From NCBI GenBank assembly GCA_963827235.1, contig CAWHAE010000009.1, positions 288,001-352,000 on the forward strand: a stretch of DNA of 64,000 nt, written 5' to 3'. This DNA is from an uncultured bacterium. Its GTDB lineage: Bacteria > Chloroflexota > UBA5177 > JANWHV01. Made by a program: the position numbers and the translations under genes. This document shows positions 10,301 through 19,175 of this stretch, piece after piece. Each line of letters opens with the position of its first letter. Positions within the stretch are counted from its first letter, which is position 1. The notes below the pieces were generated by a model. It was not told the DNA's origin. It saw only the letters and a list, made by a program, of their open reading frames with translations, and did not search any database.

Positions 10301-11060
10301 TCTGGCGCGCATGCGCGGCGACTTCGTGGCCTCTGTCAGCCACGAGCTGCGCACGCCACTCACGGCCATCGTCGGCTATGCAGAACTGCTGGAGGCGCGC
10401 TGGAGCATGCTGGCTGACCAGGCGCGACTCGAGCACGTGCGCCGGATCGTCTGGTCCGCCAACCGGCAGTTGCGCCTCGTACAGGATCTGCTGTTGGTAA
10501 GCAAGCTGGACTTGGGAGCGCCAACCCTTGAGTGCAGGCCGGTGGACCTGGAAATGCAGGTGCAGCTCGCAATCGCCGAGCTGCAGGGCAGCTATCCCGG
10601 CCAGCGCGTGGAGACGGTCGGCCCACCGGAGATCCGGGTACACGCGGACGCGGCACGGGTCAGCCAGATCCTCGTCAATCTCCTGGACAATGCCGCCAAG
10701 TACTCGCCGGAAGGAAGCCCCATAGAAGTGGACTGGAACGTCGTCGCGCCGGAAGCGAGGATACGGGTGCGGGACTACGGGCCGGGCATTCCGGCTGAGG
10801 GACGGCAACGGCTCTTCTCGCGGTTCGGCCGAATCTCCGGGAGCCGGATTCGGGCCGGCCGGGTAGGGACGGGGATGGGCCTGTTCCTGGCCCGCCAGCT
10901 CGCCCGAGCGATGGCGGGTGAGCTGGAGCTCGAAGACACCGGACCGCAGGGGACCATTTTCTGCCTGCGGCTGCCGCTGGTTATCGAAGGGTTCTCTACA
11001 GAGTCGGTCGGTCGGCCAAATGCCGGCACGGCGAACGATGAGCAGGGCAGAAGTCTCTAG
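7365..11060 (+). CDS. Sensor histidine kinase: Reg_prop beta-propellers + Y_Y_Y + GAF + HisKA + HATPase
   Basis: Repeated D..G.LW.GT motifs, YTNLRPGAYVLRV (Y_Y_Y), GAF, SHELRTPLT H-box, NLLDNAAKYS, DYGPGI, GTGMGL. Confidence 0.92.
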   Translation: MSSWLGMQPRHLKLVTVGRVKLCVDPVELADARDPTELPSLPCTALGQDARGFLWVGTQNGPMLFDGCYCGTPAALSGMGGSTINCLCFGGNDTVWAGTEGSGIAWIQIGLTGPRLRRLLTRSDSLPGDLIHSLCSDRRGRVWAGTPDGLALLEHGCVARVMGALDGLPAARVNALGYDTRDRLWVGTDRGVVVLVDGAVSFTGDQACPFTEDLVQRFYCDPLGQLWAGTRAGNLFRAEVGADGRVQVAYVHGWGSPIADICMAADGRLWVATLEGVFVLTAGVLSDHLAVADGLPSADTSALYCDRDGRMWAATRKGLAVLLDVDYPVHVLVGADLRARVVWNIEPDANNCMWLGTDSGLIAVSGEDSQVLHLPDLPETLRDNAIWAVRHDGLRQIWASQRRNGLFCLDASTGAPLAHMLADRGVNVIAMCMVGQQDLWLGTSRHGLICVDMRLRKVVGEIGTADGLPETLVSCLHLDGAGRLWAGTLSGRLVCIDPVQRAILSTLELATHGPAPSALCLMHDTRSGLWAGTSAGLMSIDPDRNTILRTIGAADGLRSLTVLGCTVDARGHLWLGTGCGVIRYAPDTGTLAVIDRSMGLPHDECDQNAVHLDDRGRLWIGTAKGPAIIDTNRIPIDVPPCPVVLTGFLVMGEERDVTPDLELEDSDCDLQFSYAAVSFTAPTLVLYRVQLEGFESGFSSPSTERSRRYTNLRPGAYVLRVSACNWGGTWSTPLEIPLRIVRNHQAQEAEEALEHERFEKEVYRAAATRLEDLNQRLAEASRLNGELLEQTRASYADTLARQERLSALQTISSTLAATRTPSEVGEQIMRISALYLDAPFIRIRLLSADRAWLEHVIASTNDTEDPRFPKRRPYDDQVPSAEAVRTGRPVWLESPEEMLARFPDFARKMRERGFLANVTLPLLTDGEAIGSMGLMFTAPRRFRGDEREFLLAVASLAAQAVDRAWLYAREQKRAQTAEDLARMRGDFVASVSHELRTPLTAIVGYAELLEARWSMLADQARLEHVRRIVWSANRQLRLVQDLLLVSKLDLGAPTLECRPVDLEMQVQLAIAELQGSYPGQRVETVGPPEIRVHADAARVSQILVNLLDNAAKYSPEGSPIEVDWNVVAPEARIRVRDYGPGIPAEGRQRLFSRFGRISGSRIRAGRVGTGMGLFLARQLARAMAGELELEDTGPQGTIFCLRLPLVIEGFSTESVGRPNAGTANDEQGRSL

Positions 11061-11081
11061 AGCTAAGCCTGAGCCTCCGGA

Positions 11082-11318
11082 TTAGCCGGCTGCACCACGC
11101 AGCGGCAAGACGACGCGGGATCCATCGTGCTCGATCGTGACTGCCGGACTGGTCGGCATTGCAGTGTGCGCAGGCTCACCGGACAGGAACAACACGAGAC
11201 GAAATCGCCGGCGGAACTGCATGCCGGTGTAAGAGCCGATCCGCTCGCCGATGCTCAACACGCCCGTTTCGTCATCCCAGTCGAAGCGGACCGACACATA
11301 TGAGCCGCCCTCGTATTT
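11082..11318 (-). pseudogene. 3' remnant of a GH31 glycosidase (DUF5110-like C-terminal domain)
   Basis: YEGGSYVSVRFDWDDETGVLSIGERIGSYTGM..RRFRLVL resembles the GH31 C-terminus; no catalytic domain upstream. Confidence 0.6.
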
Positions 11319-11325
11319 GACGTGA

Positions 11326-11556
11326 AGGCAATGGTTCCCGGACGCTTTTGGCGGTAGCATGGGCAAGCTCATGATGGCGTTGGCCGAAGGGCGCGAGCCG
11401 GCGACAAACGGCGAGGACAATCTGCAATCGCTGGAAATGGCGTACGCGGCAGTGACCAGCTCCGAATCCGGCGGCGTCTGTGCGGTCTCGGGCGGAGCCG
11501 AGACGCAGGGTACGGAGTCGAGCGGCGGATCCACGCACACAAAGAGCAGAGGCTAG
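11326..11556 (+). pseudogene. 3' remnant of a Gfo/Idh/MocA oxidoreductase
   Basis: WFPDAFGGSMGKLMMALAEGREPATNGEDNLQSLEMAYAA directly after an in-frame TGA; no Rossmann domain. Confidence 0.6.
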
Positions 11557-11585
11557 CCGCGCCGCTGGAAGAAAAGGAGGAGTAT

Positions 11586-12707
11586 ATGCCTGCATATTCG
11601 CTGTTCGCAGATGCCGATTGGCCAAGATTGGAGCGCGACTGGACGGCATGGTGGGCGGGGGGGCTCGAACGACCGATAATCGTGCTGGAGACACGTGCAC
11701 CGCGCCCTGGTATCGACTGGAATACGTTCGACCCGTTCCTCACCCAGTTTCCGCCGGAGACGCCGGTCGACTCGATGCTTGATCACAGCCAGCTCCTGCT
11801 CGACGCGACACACTATTACGGCGATGCCTACCCCAAATGGGACTCGAACTTCGGCGCCGGCAACGTCGCCGGATTTCTGGGCGCCGCATGGCAGCACAGT
11901 CATGACGTAAGGACGACCTGGTTTCACGGACCGCCCAGTGCATCGCTGGCAGAGATCGACGTGCGGTTCGATCCGGCCAATCCCCTCTGGCAAACGGTTC
12001 GGGCAGCCACGGAACGAGCCATAGAGCGCTGGGCGGCCCAGTGCACAATCGGCTATGCCGATCTGGGCGGCAACCTGGATGTGCTGGCCAGCCTGCGCGG
12101 CACGCAGAATCTGCTCTACGACCTCTACGACGCTCCTGAGGAGATCGAGCGGCTCTGTCCACGGATCACGAATGCCTGGCTACGCTACTACGACGTGTTG
12201 GATGAGCTCATCGCGCCGACGCCGAAGGGATCGTCGTGCTGGGCGCCGCTCTGGTCTCCCACCCGAGCCTACATGCTGCAGAGCGACTTCTCGTACATGG
12301 TGTCGCCGGCGGTCTTCGAACGCTTCATACTGCCCGATCTCGAACGCTGTTGCGCGGCGATCGACTACCCCTTCTATCACATGGACGGCAAGGGACAGCT
12401 CAAACACCTGGACATGCTGCTCTCGATCGACAGGCTGCGCGGTATCCAGTGGCAGCCCGGCGACGGCGCCCAATTGGCCGATCAGTGGCCGGAAGTGCTG
12501 CAACGTATCCGCGCCGGGGGAAAGCTCTGCCAGATCTACGTCGATAGAGAAGGAGCTTTCAAGGTTGCCCGGGAGCACGGCGGAAAGGGATTCGTGTTGT
12601 CCATCGTGGAACAGCTCAGCGATAACGACGCGACAGAGTTCATGGAGGCCTTCGAGCGAGAGTTCGCGCCCAATAAGCGGGCCGCGGCGATCCGGCCAGG
12701 CATGTGA
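11586..12707 (+). CDS. URO-D/MtaA-like TIM-barrel protein
   Basis: DLGGNLDVLASLRG, LQSDFSYMVSP, YHMDGKGQLKHLD, IQWQPG; AAAAGGAGGAG RBS. Confidence 0.75.
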   Translation: MPAYSLFADADWPRLERDWTAWWAGGLERPIIVLETRAPRPGIDWNTFDPFLTQFPPETPVDSMLDHSQLLLDATHYYGDAYPKWDSNFGAGNVAGFLGAAWQHSHDVRTTWFHGPPSASLAEIDVRFDPANPLWQTVRAATERAIERWAAQCTIGYADLGGNLDVLASLRGTQNLLYDLYDAPEEIERLCPRITNAWLRYYDVLDELIAPTPKGSSCWAPLWSPTRAYMLQSDFSYMVSPAVFERFILPDLERCCAAIDYPFYHMDGKGQLKHLDMLLSIDRLRGIQWQPGDGAQLADQWPEVLQRIRAGGKLCQIYVDREGAFKVAREHGGKGFVLSIVEQLSDNDATEFMEAFEREFAPNKRAAAIRPGM

Positions 12708-12884
12708 CGAGGACATCGAGCACCATGGCGCTACCTGCGCCCCGAGCGAGTTCAGGCCTGGCGGGAAGCCGACGAGCTGGCGGGCAAGGCGCTCATGCGG
12801 GCCGGCCGCTGGATAGTCTGATGCCCGACCCACTCTCCGATCGACGCCGAATCCCGGCCGGAGCTGCGATGAAGCGCAGTCCTC

Positions 12885-14081
12885 TCATGCCCGCCGTGCC
12901 GGCAGCGGCATGTCGACTATCTCGCCTGCCGCCTCGATCTCGAGCTCTATCTGCTCCGAGACGAAGTCAGGCCGGAAGAACGCCTGGGCAATCATGGTCG
13001 GCACCACGGCCGAGAGAATCACGACGGTGACGAGAATGGTGTACTGCGATTGCGTGATCAGCTTGTTGGTCAGTCCGAACAGGGCGGAGATGGTGCCGAA
13101 CGTGAGCCCGGTGCTCATCAGCAAGGTGAGATAGGCACTCTCCCGCGGCGGCATCCGCAGCCTCCGCGCGGTTGGCCACACGCCGACACCCTTGGCCGAC
13201 AGCTTGACGAGCAGGAAGAGGGCAATCAGCCCGGCGCCGGAGAGCACGGCCGGCAGCGACACGTACAGGCCGGCCTTGAGGAAGTAGAACGGCGTCAGCA
13301 GCGAGAAGGCAATCGACCGCATCCGCTCCACCAGCTGGCGGTTCTGCACGAAGACGCCGGCCACCACCAAGCCCACCAGGTAGGCGGGCAACACCGCCTC
13401 GCTGTTGGCGCCCTGGGCCAGCCATCCCAGGAACAGCAGGACGGCAAAAAGAAACTTCACCTCCGGCTCCGACACGCGGCCGCCCACCGAATCGATCACG
13501 AAGCGGGTGGCTCTGGGCAGGGCTATGAGCGCTACGCAGGTCACCGCCGCGAAGAGCGCCAGCCAGCCGTTGAAGTCGGCAAACAGCACGCCCAAGGCCA
13601 GCACGGTACCCAGGTCCGTGACAAAGCAGGCCGCCAGGATCAGCTTGCCGAAATCGGTCCGGTTGAGTCCGGTCTCTACCATCACCGCGTAGACCACGGC
13701 CACGGATGTGGTGGAGAGGGCCACGCCGGCAATCTCCGACGCGTGCACGTTCCAACCGACGACAAACCGCGCCACGAGCAGGGCGCCCACGAATGGAAAA
13801 CTGAACGACACGGCGCCGATCGCCAGCGCGGCTTTGGCGTGCCGCCTGAGCGCCTCGGGATCAATCTCGGCACCGGCCAGAAAGGTGAGCAGTATGGATC
13901 CGAAACCGGCCAGGAAGTCGATGAAGGGCACCGTGTGCATGTGCAGAAAGTTGCCGCCGACCACGCCCACGGCAATCTCGACCAGGGCCACGGAGATGCC
14001 AACTCGAATGGAGATGACACTGGCTACGAGTGCGAGAGCAAGCCAGGCCGATGCGATGAAGTAGATGCTGCTTGTGTCCAC
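12885..14081 (-). CDS. Cation:proton antiporter (CPA2/Na_H_Exchanger family)
   Basis: About 12 hydrophobic segments; FLAGAEID, ALSTTSVAVV, FVTDLGT, MSTGLTFG. Confidence 0.9.
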   Translation of the reverse strand: MDTSSIYFIASAWLALALVASVISIRVGISVALVEIAVGVVGGNFLHMHTVPFIDFLAGFGSILLTFLAGAEIDPEALRRHAKAALAIGAVSFSFPFVGALLVARFVVGWNVHASEIAGVALSTTSVAVVYAVMVETGLNRTDFGKLILAACFVTDLGTVLALGVLFADFNGWLALFAAVTCVALIALPRATRFVIDSVGGRVSEPEVKFLFAVLLFLGWLAQGANSEAVLPAYLVGLVVAGVFVQNRQLVERMRSIAFSLLTPFYFLKAGLYVSLPAVLSGAGLIALFLLVKLSAKGVGVWPTARRLRMPPRESAYLTLLMSTGLTFGTISALFGLTNKLITQSQYTILVTVVILSAVVPTMIAQAFFRPDFVSEQIELEIEAAGEIVDMPLPARRA

Positions 14082-14154
14082 GAGAACCCGCGTCTTTCGT
14101 TGCTAAGACCGGGCGGGTTCGCCGTAGAGTGCCTCGCCAAGCGCTGGCGCACGG

Positions 14155-14199
14155 CACAAAAAAGCTCCCGACCGGCCATTCTCTGACCTAGCAGGAGCC
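14155..14199 (-). terminator. Intrinsic terminator (riboswitch expression platform)
   Basis: Minus strand GCTCCTGCTAGGTCA-GAGAA-TGGCCGGTCGGGAGC followed by TTTTTT; overlaps the aptamer 3' end. Confidence 0.75.
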
Positions 14200-14254
14200 A
14201 TCAGCAGCCGAGCTGCGGTTTCAACACCAGTGTTGGGGCGGTCTCCATCGCCAC
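14190..14254 (-). ncRNA. Fluoride riboswitch (crcB motif)
   Basis: Minus strand GGCGATGGAGACCGCC...AAACCGC...GCTGATGGCTCCTGC fits the crcB consensus, including the GGAG/CTCC pseudoknot; extended -10 TGtTACGAT just upstream. Confidence 0.9.
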
Positions 14255-14409
14255 TGCCCGTATCGTAACAGACCGGGTACGATACCGCCAATGGCGAAAT
14301 AGGGATGTCGGCAGGCGCACGCCGTGGCGTACGCATCAGTCCGTGCTCAGGTAACCCGGCCGCCCCACGCTTCCGCAGGTCGAACATGTGCCGACCAGAG
14401 CGCCGCCCC

Positions 14410-14838
14410 TCAACGCACGATCAGCACGTGGCAGGTGGCATGCCGGCTGACCTTCTCCGCAGTGGTTCCCATGAAGGAACCCCAGATGTGCGAGTGGCCG
14501 GCATGGCCCAGGACTACCAGATCGTAGCCGCCATCCTTGGCCACTTGCACGATCGTCTGAGCTGGGTGCCCCGGCACCACCTTGGTCGACAGGATGAGTC
14601 CATGCTCGGCAGCAACATGGCGGGCCTGCTCCAGCACCGTCCCGTAGAAGGCGTCCCGTTCCTCCTTCACCGCGTCGAACTCGTCAATGGTGCCCACATA
14701 GGTAGGCAGCCCCTCCTCCACGGAGAGGCAACAGAGGTCGGCATGCTGCTCCTGTGCCAGCTGCACGGCGACGCCGAGTGCCTTGATGGATGACGCTGAA
14801 CCATCGCAACAGGCGAGAATGCGGTGAAACACAGTCAC
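14410..14838 (-). CDS. Universal stress protein
   Basis: ILACCDGS, GHPAQTI, DLVVLG, MGTTAEKV, CHVLIVR. Confidence 0.92.
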   Translation of the reverse strand: MTVFHRILACCDGSASSIKALGVAVQLAQEQHADLCCLSVEEGLPTYVGTIDEFDAVKEERDAFYGTVLEQARHVAAEHGLILSTKVVPGHPAQTIVQVAKDGGYDLVVLGHAGHSHIWGSFMGTTAEKVSRHATCHVLIVR

Positions 14839-15036
14839 CTCCTCGATACCGCTGTGGCGCGAGCACCGGTGTAAGTACAGACGCGCAACGTGGGCAATCG
14901 CTGCACGTGCACTGTGTGCGCAGCGCTGTGCGAGTCGGCCGGCATCGACGGACCGCCAGAAGGCCGAGCTTTACGCCAGGTGGCGGCAGGTAAGAGTCTG
15001 CGGCGATCGTCGCGATGCAAGGCCGACCTGGCACAG

Positions 15037-15065
15037 AGCATAGTCCTGTCTCTGGCGGCAGTCAA
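15037..15065 (-). promoter_or_regulatory. sigma70-type promoter of the usp gene
   Basis: Minus strand TTGACT-17 bp-TATGCT. Confidence 0.65.
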
Positions 15066-15133
15066 CGGTGGGCGCACCCTCCTTTAGCGGTCCTCCGTCA
15101 TCTTGCCTCGCCGCCGTCGCGGTGAGCCTACGC

Positions 15134-17335
15134 CTACGCGATCAGCTCTGCCTCGCTCGTGGTATCGCCAGCCTCATCCGAGCCCCGCCCTGCCAGCGCG
15201 TGCTTCAGCTGCTCGCCTTCGATGTCTAGATTCGGCATCGCCCGATCGAGCCATCGAGGCAGCCACCAGGCGCGGCGGCCCAGCAGCGCCATCACCGCCG
15301 GCACAATGGTCATCCGGACCACGAAGGCGTCGGCCAATACGCCGAAGGCGAGGGAGATGCCGACGGCCTTGATGGTGGCATCGCTTGAGAGGGCAAAACT
15401 GCCGAAGACTGTGAACATGATCAGCGCCGCGGTCGTCACCACGCGCCCACTCTGCGCAAAGCCGATTACTACGGCGTCGCGGGCGTCTCCGGTATGCACG
15501 AAGCGCTCGCGCATGCGCGAGACCAGGAAGACCTCGTAGTCCATGGCCAGACCGAAGAGGATGCCGATCAGCAGCACCGGCAGGAAGCTGAGCACCGGTC
15601 CGGTGTTCGTCACGCCGAGAAGGCTGGTCAGGTGCCCGTCCTGGAAGATGGAGACGACAACACCCAGCGAGGCGAAGATACTGAGCAGAAAACCCAAGAC
15701 CGACTTGAGCGGCACCAGTATTGAGCGGAACACCAAGCCCAACAGGATCAGGGCCAGGACGACCACCACCACCGCGAACTCCGGTAAGGCAGCGCTCAAC
15801 TTGTTCGACACATCGATGTTGATCGCCGTGGTCCCGGTCACCATCATGTTCACGCCCGTCTGCAGGCGTGCCGGCACCGCTTTTGCCCGCACCAAGTTGA
15901 CCAGGTCCTCGGTCTGTTGCGTGGAAGGCCCGCTGCGCGGGATAACGGTAATAATCGTCACGTCGCCGGACCGGTTGTGCTGCGCCGGACCGACCTCGGC
16001 CACGTCGGGTAGTGTGCGCAGCTCCTTCGTCACCGCCTGCGCGATCAGCGTGGGGTTCTTCCCAGGACCGTCGACCACGATCAGCAACGGCCCATTGAAG
16101 CCGGGGCCGAAACCCGCGCTCAGCAGATCATAGGCGCGTCGTTCGGTCGAGGTGGTGGGCTGCGTGTTGGCGCCGGGCAGCCCCAGCCGCATATGGAGCG
16201 CCGGCAGCGCCAGCAGGACCAGCGCGGACACGCTCACCAGCACGACCGGCCAGGGGTGGCCGGTGACGAAGCGCGCCCAGCCCAGGGCGAAGCGGGGCGC
16301 ACGGGTCGCCACGTCGTCGCGGCGGAACAGGCCCCGGCCCAGCCGAGCACCGCCGAAGCCGAGCACGGCGGGCAGCAAGGTGACGGCAACCAGCACGGAC
16401 ACGGCCACCGTGCCCGCCGCGGCCAGACCCATGACCGTCAGGAAGGGGATGTTGACTATCGACAGACCCGCGAGCGCGATCACCACGCTCAGCCCGGCAA
16501 AGATCACGGCACTGCCGGAGGTGGCGACGGCACGGCTGGTCGACTCGGACGGCGCCTGCCCCTCGCCAAGCTGCTGCCGGTGCCGGGAGACGATGAAGAG
16601 GGAGTAGTCGATGCCCACGGCCAGGCCGAGCATGATCGCCAGGATTGGCGCCGTCGAAGATTCGTCGACCACGCGGGAGAGCGCCGTCAGCCCGAGCATG
16701 CCGATGCCCACGCCGACGACCGCCATCAGCAACGGGATGCCGGCCGCCAGCAGGGAGCCGAAGGCGATCACCAACAGGATGTAGGCGATCGCGATGCTGA
16801 CCCCGATCGAGCTGTCGCTGGCCGTCCGTGCCGCCACCACCCCACCGCCGAACTCCACCTGCACGCCGGCCGCCCGTGCCGGCTGCGCACTGTTCGCCAG
16901 ATCGGTCCTGGAGGCATCCCTGATCTGGCTGACCGCGACCGGGTAGATCACGCTGGCGTAGGCGATCCGTTTGTCCTGCGACACGGTTCCGCCGCTAAAC
17001 GGATCCATGACGGCCACCACCTGCGGCGCCGAACGGGCTTCAGCCAGCGTGTGCCGGATCGCGGCCTGGTGCGTGGCGTCGGTGAGCGTTTGTCCGGCCG
17101 GCACGGCGAACACGATGGTCGCGGTGGTGCCGCCGGTCCCCGGGAACTTCGCGTTCAACAGGTCGAGGGCCTGTTGGCCCTCGGTGCCCGGAAGCGAGAA
17201 GGTATTGCTGGTCGGCCCCTGAAAGGCGGCCGCGCAGCCGGCGACGATGCCCAGCACCACCAGCCAGAGCAGGAGCATGCGGCCACGGTGCTGGAAGGCC
17301 CAGCGCCCCACGCGATACAAGGCGGATGCCATCAT
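15134..17335 (-). CDS. MMPL/RND family transporter
   Basis: GLAVGIDYSLFI, GFGPGFNGPL, LFGLAMDYEVFLVSRMRE, RMTIVPA; GAGGAGGG RBS before ATG 17335. Confidence 0.93.
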   Translation of the reverse strand: MMASALYRVGRWAFQHRGRMLLLWLVVLGIVAGCAAAFQGPTSNTFSLPGTEGQQALDLLNAKFPGTGGTTATIVFAVPAGQTLTDATHQAAIRHTLAEARSAPQVVAVMDPFSGGTVSQDKRIAYASVIYPVAVSQIRDASRTDLANSAQPARAAGVQVEFGGGVVAARTASDSSIGVSIAIAYILLVIAFGSLLAAGIPLLMAVVGVGIGMLGLTALSRVVDESSTAPILAIMLGLAVGIDYSLFIVSRHRQQLGEGQAPSESTSRAVATSGSAVIFAGLSVVIALAGLSIVNIPFLTVMGLAAAGTVAVSVLVAVTLLPAVLGFGGARLGRGLFRRDDVATRAPRFALGWARFVTGHPWPVVLVSVSALVLLALPALHMRLGLPGANTQPTTSTERRAYDLLSAGFGPGFNGPLLIVVDGPGKNPTLIAQAVTKELRTLPDVAEVGPAQHNRSGDVTIITVIPRSGPSTQQTEDLVNLVRAKAVPARLQTGVNMMVTGTTAINIDVSNKLSAALPEFAVVVVVLALILLGLVFRSILVPLKSVLGFLLSIFASLGVVVSIFQDGHLTSLLGVTNTGPVLSFLPVLLIGILFGLAMDYEVFLVSRMRERFVHTGDARDAVVIGFAQSGRVVTTAALIMFTVFGSFALSSDATIKAVGISLAFGVLADAFVVRMTIVPAVMALLGRRAWWLPRWLDRAMPNLDIEGEQLKHALAGRGSDEAGDTTSEAELIA

Positions 17336-17476
17336 CGCCGGTCCCTCCTCGGATTGTGGGGCATAGTGATCGGGAGCGGCCGGCGTTCCATGAACAGTGC
17401 GTGTGTGCGCGTCACGAGATCGTTCCCTTCGCTGTGGTGAGCTAGGCATTGCCGGTGCCGTTTGGCGGTAGTACAC

Positions 17477-17531
17477 TATGAACAGGAGTTCAAGTTCCTA
17501 TGCCATCAGTATGAACGTGAACCCAAGTTCC
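17477..17531. promoter_or_regulatory. Tandem candidate TetR operators
   Basis: Direct repeat TATGAACAGGAGTTCAAGTTCC / TATGAACGTGAACCCAAGTTCC between the divergent MMPL and TetR genes. Confidence 0.5.
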
Positions 17532-17569
17532 GTCAATGGCTCGTTCGAGTAGTAGGAGAACAGTCGTCC

Positions 17570-18157
17570 ATGAACCCCGCCGGAGCGCACGCTAGACGCG
17601 CCGACTCGACAGCAAACCACGCACGCATTCTCGCGGCGGCGCGATCGCTGCTCGCGGAGCGCGGTCTCGATCTGGAAGTGGACGCTATCGCCGAGCGTGC
17701 AGCGGTCAGCGTCGGTGCGCTGTACAGCCATTTCACCAATCGCGACGCCCTGGTGCGCGCCGTGCTCGGCCAGACGTTGGACGAGGCGATGACTCGCTTT
17801 CGCGCCGCGGCGGCGATCGAGGATCCGGTCGAGGCGCTTCGCCAAATCCCCCTCGCCTGCGCCGCCGACCGGCTACTCTTGGTCGCGTTTCGCGATCCGC
17901 GCAGCAGCAAGATCCAGCCGGATATCAAGGAACAGCGATACGTAGTCGGCACCGAGCTGTACAGGATGGTGGAAGGCATCCTCGAGCGGGGCATGCAATC
18001 TGGTGCGTTTCGTCCGGACCTTGATCCGCGCATCACTGCTTCTGCCATACTCTGGTCTATCAGCGGTGTGGTCGAGACCGGCACCGCGGAACGGTCGCAG
18101 GACGAGCTTGTGCACGCGCTCGCCGATCTGCACAGCCATATGGTCGCCTCCCGCTGA
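17570..18157 (+). CDS. TetR/AcrR family regulator
   Basis: RADSTANHARILAAA, IAERAAVSVGALYSHFTNRDAL HTH, GAFRPDLDP. Confidence 0.92.
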   Translation: MNPAGAHARRADSTANHARILAAARSLLAERGLDLEVDAIAERAAVSVGALYSHFTNRDALVRAVLGQTLDEAMTRFRAAAAIEDPVEALRQIPLACAADRLLLVAFRDPRSSKIQPDIKEQRYVVGTELYRMVEGILERGMQSGAFRPDLDPRITASAILWSISGVVETGTAERSQDELVHALADLHSHMVASR

Positions 18158-18275
18158 ACGTCTCGGCGCGAAGCAAACCAGCTCACGGCACACTGGCCCG
18201 GCGAAGTCGCGCGCCCTCGTGCAAGCGGTAAGACCGTCGAACAGCGTAACCGGCGCGACCATCGGCTACACGGTG

Positions 18276-19175
18276 CTATGCACCGGAGAGGAATGCGGCT
18301 GCCCGTGCGCCCCATGTGCGTACGTCAGCCACGCTCTCGGACACGTGCAGCTCGGCGCGAACGATGAGCCGGGCGAGCTCTTCGGCAACCGAGACGGGAT
18401 GGACAGGGTCCGTGGCCCAGCTGAGAATGAGCGTAGACTGCGCGATGCGCGCCAGCTCCGCACGGTCCGGCACATTCGACCTACCCACTCCCCGGAGCAG
18501 GGTGGGCAGCACGTCCAGTGAGACATCCGGCGTCGAGAGGTAGCCGGAGACGCCGCTAAAGATGGGCGGCGTCGGCAGCCGTGCGAAGGCGGCCGCGATG
18601 GCCTCCGGAGTGCTCGTCTCCACGGTCGCTGCCAGTTGCTCGTACATGGCAGCCTGCCCGGCGCGGCCTTCCCACGATGTCCCCGGTGCGGTCAGCACGA
18701 GCCGCTGGAAACGCCCGGGCGCTTTGACCACGGCGTGCAGGATAGTGGCCGTGCCCATCGAGTTGCCGATCGCGGAGATCGGCTGGTCGGGAGAGAAACG
18801 ATCGGCAAGCGCGAGCAGGTCGTCGGCCAGGGCGGAAAAGGTGTACTCAGCCGGTCGCCGGCTGGCACCCGACTCGCCATGACCGCGTGCGTCGTAGGTT
18901 ATCAGGTGATGCTCGGCCGCGACGGGCGAGAAGTCGAGCAGTCCCAGGCGACGGTCGCCTGCTCGACTGAGCGTAAGCCCGTGCGCGTAGATTGCCGGCG
19001 GCCCGCTTCCGGCTTCTGAATACGCGAGCTGGATGCCGTTTACGTCGATGAACTTGGTTGGCAGCGCGGCTGCGCCGGCGCCGTCGATGTCTTTCGTCGT
19101 GACCGCGTCTCTCCGTGTACGCTGCCAAAAACAAAAAGCCGCCACGGCAACCCGCACGGCACACGATCTATCCAT
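18276..19175 (-). CDS. Alpha/beta hydrolase (start uncertain)
   Basis: YAHGL, YDARGHGES, GNSMG nucleophile elbow, DPVHP. Confidence 0.85.
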   Translation of the reverse strand: MDRSCAVRVAVAAFCFWQRTRRDAVTTKDIDGAGAAALPTKFIDVNGIQLAYSEAGSGPPAIYAHGLTLSRAGDRRLGLLDFSPVAAEHHLITYDARGHGESGASRRPAEYTFSALADDLLALADRFSPDQPISAIGNSMGTATILHAVVKAPGRFQRLVLTAPGTSWEGRAGQAAMYEQLAATVETSTPEAIAAAFARLPTPPIFSGVSGYLSTPDVSLDVLPTLLRGVGRSNVPDRAELARIAQSTLILSWATDPVHPVSVAEELARLIVRAELHVSESVADVRTWGARAAAFLSGA

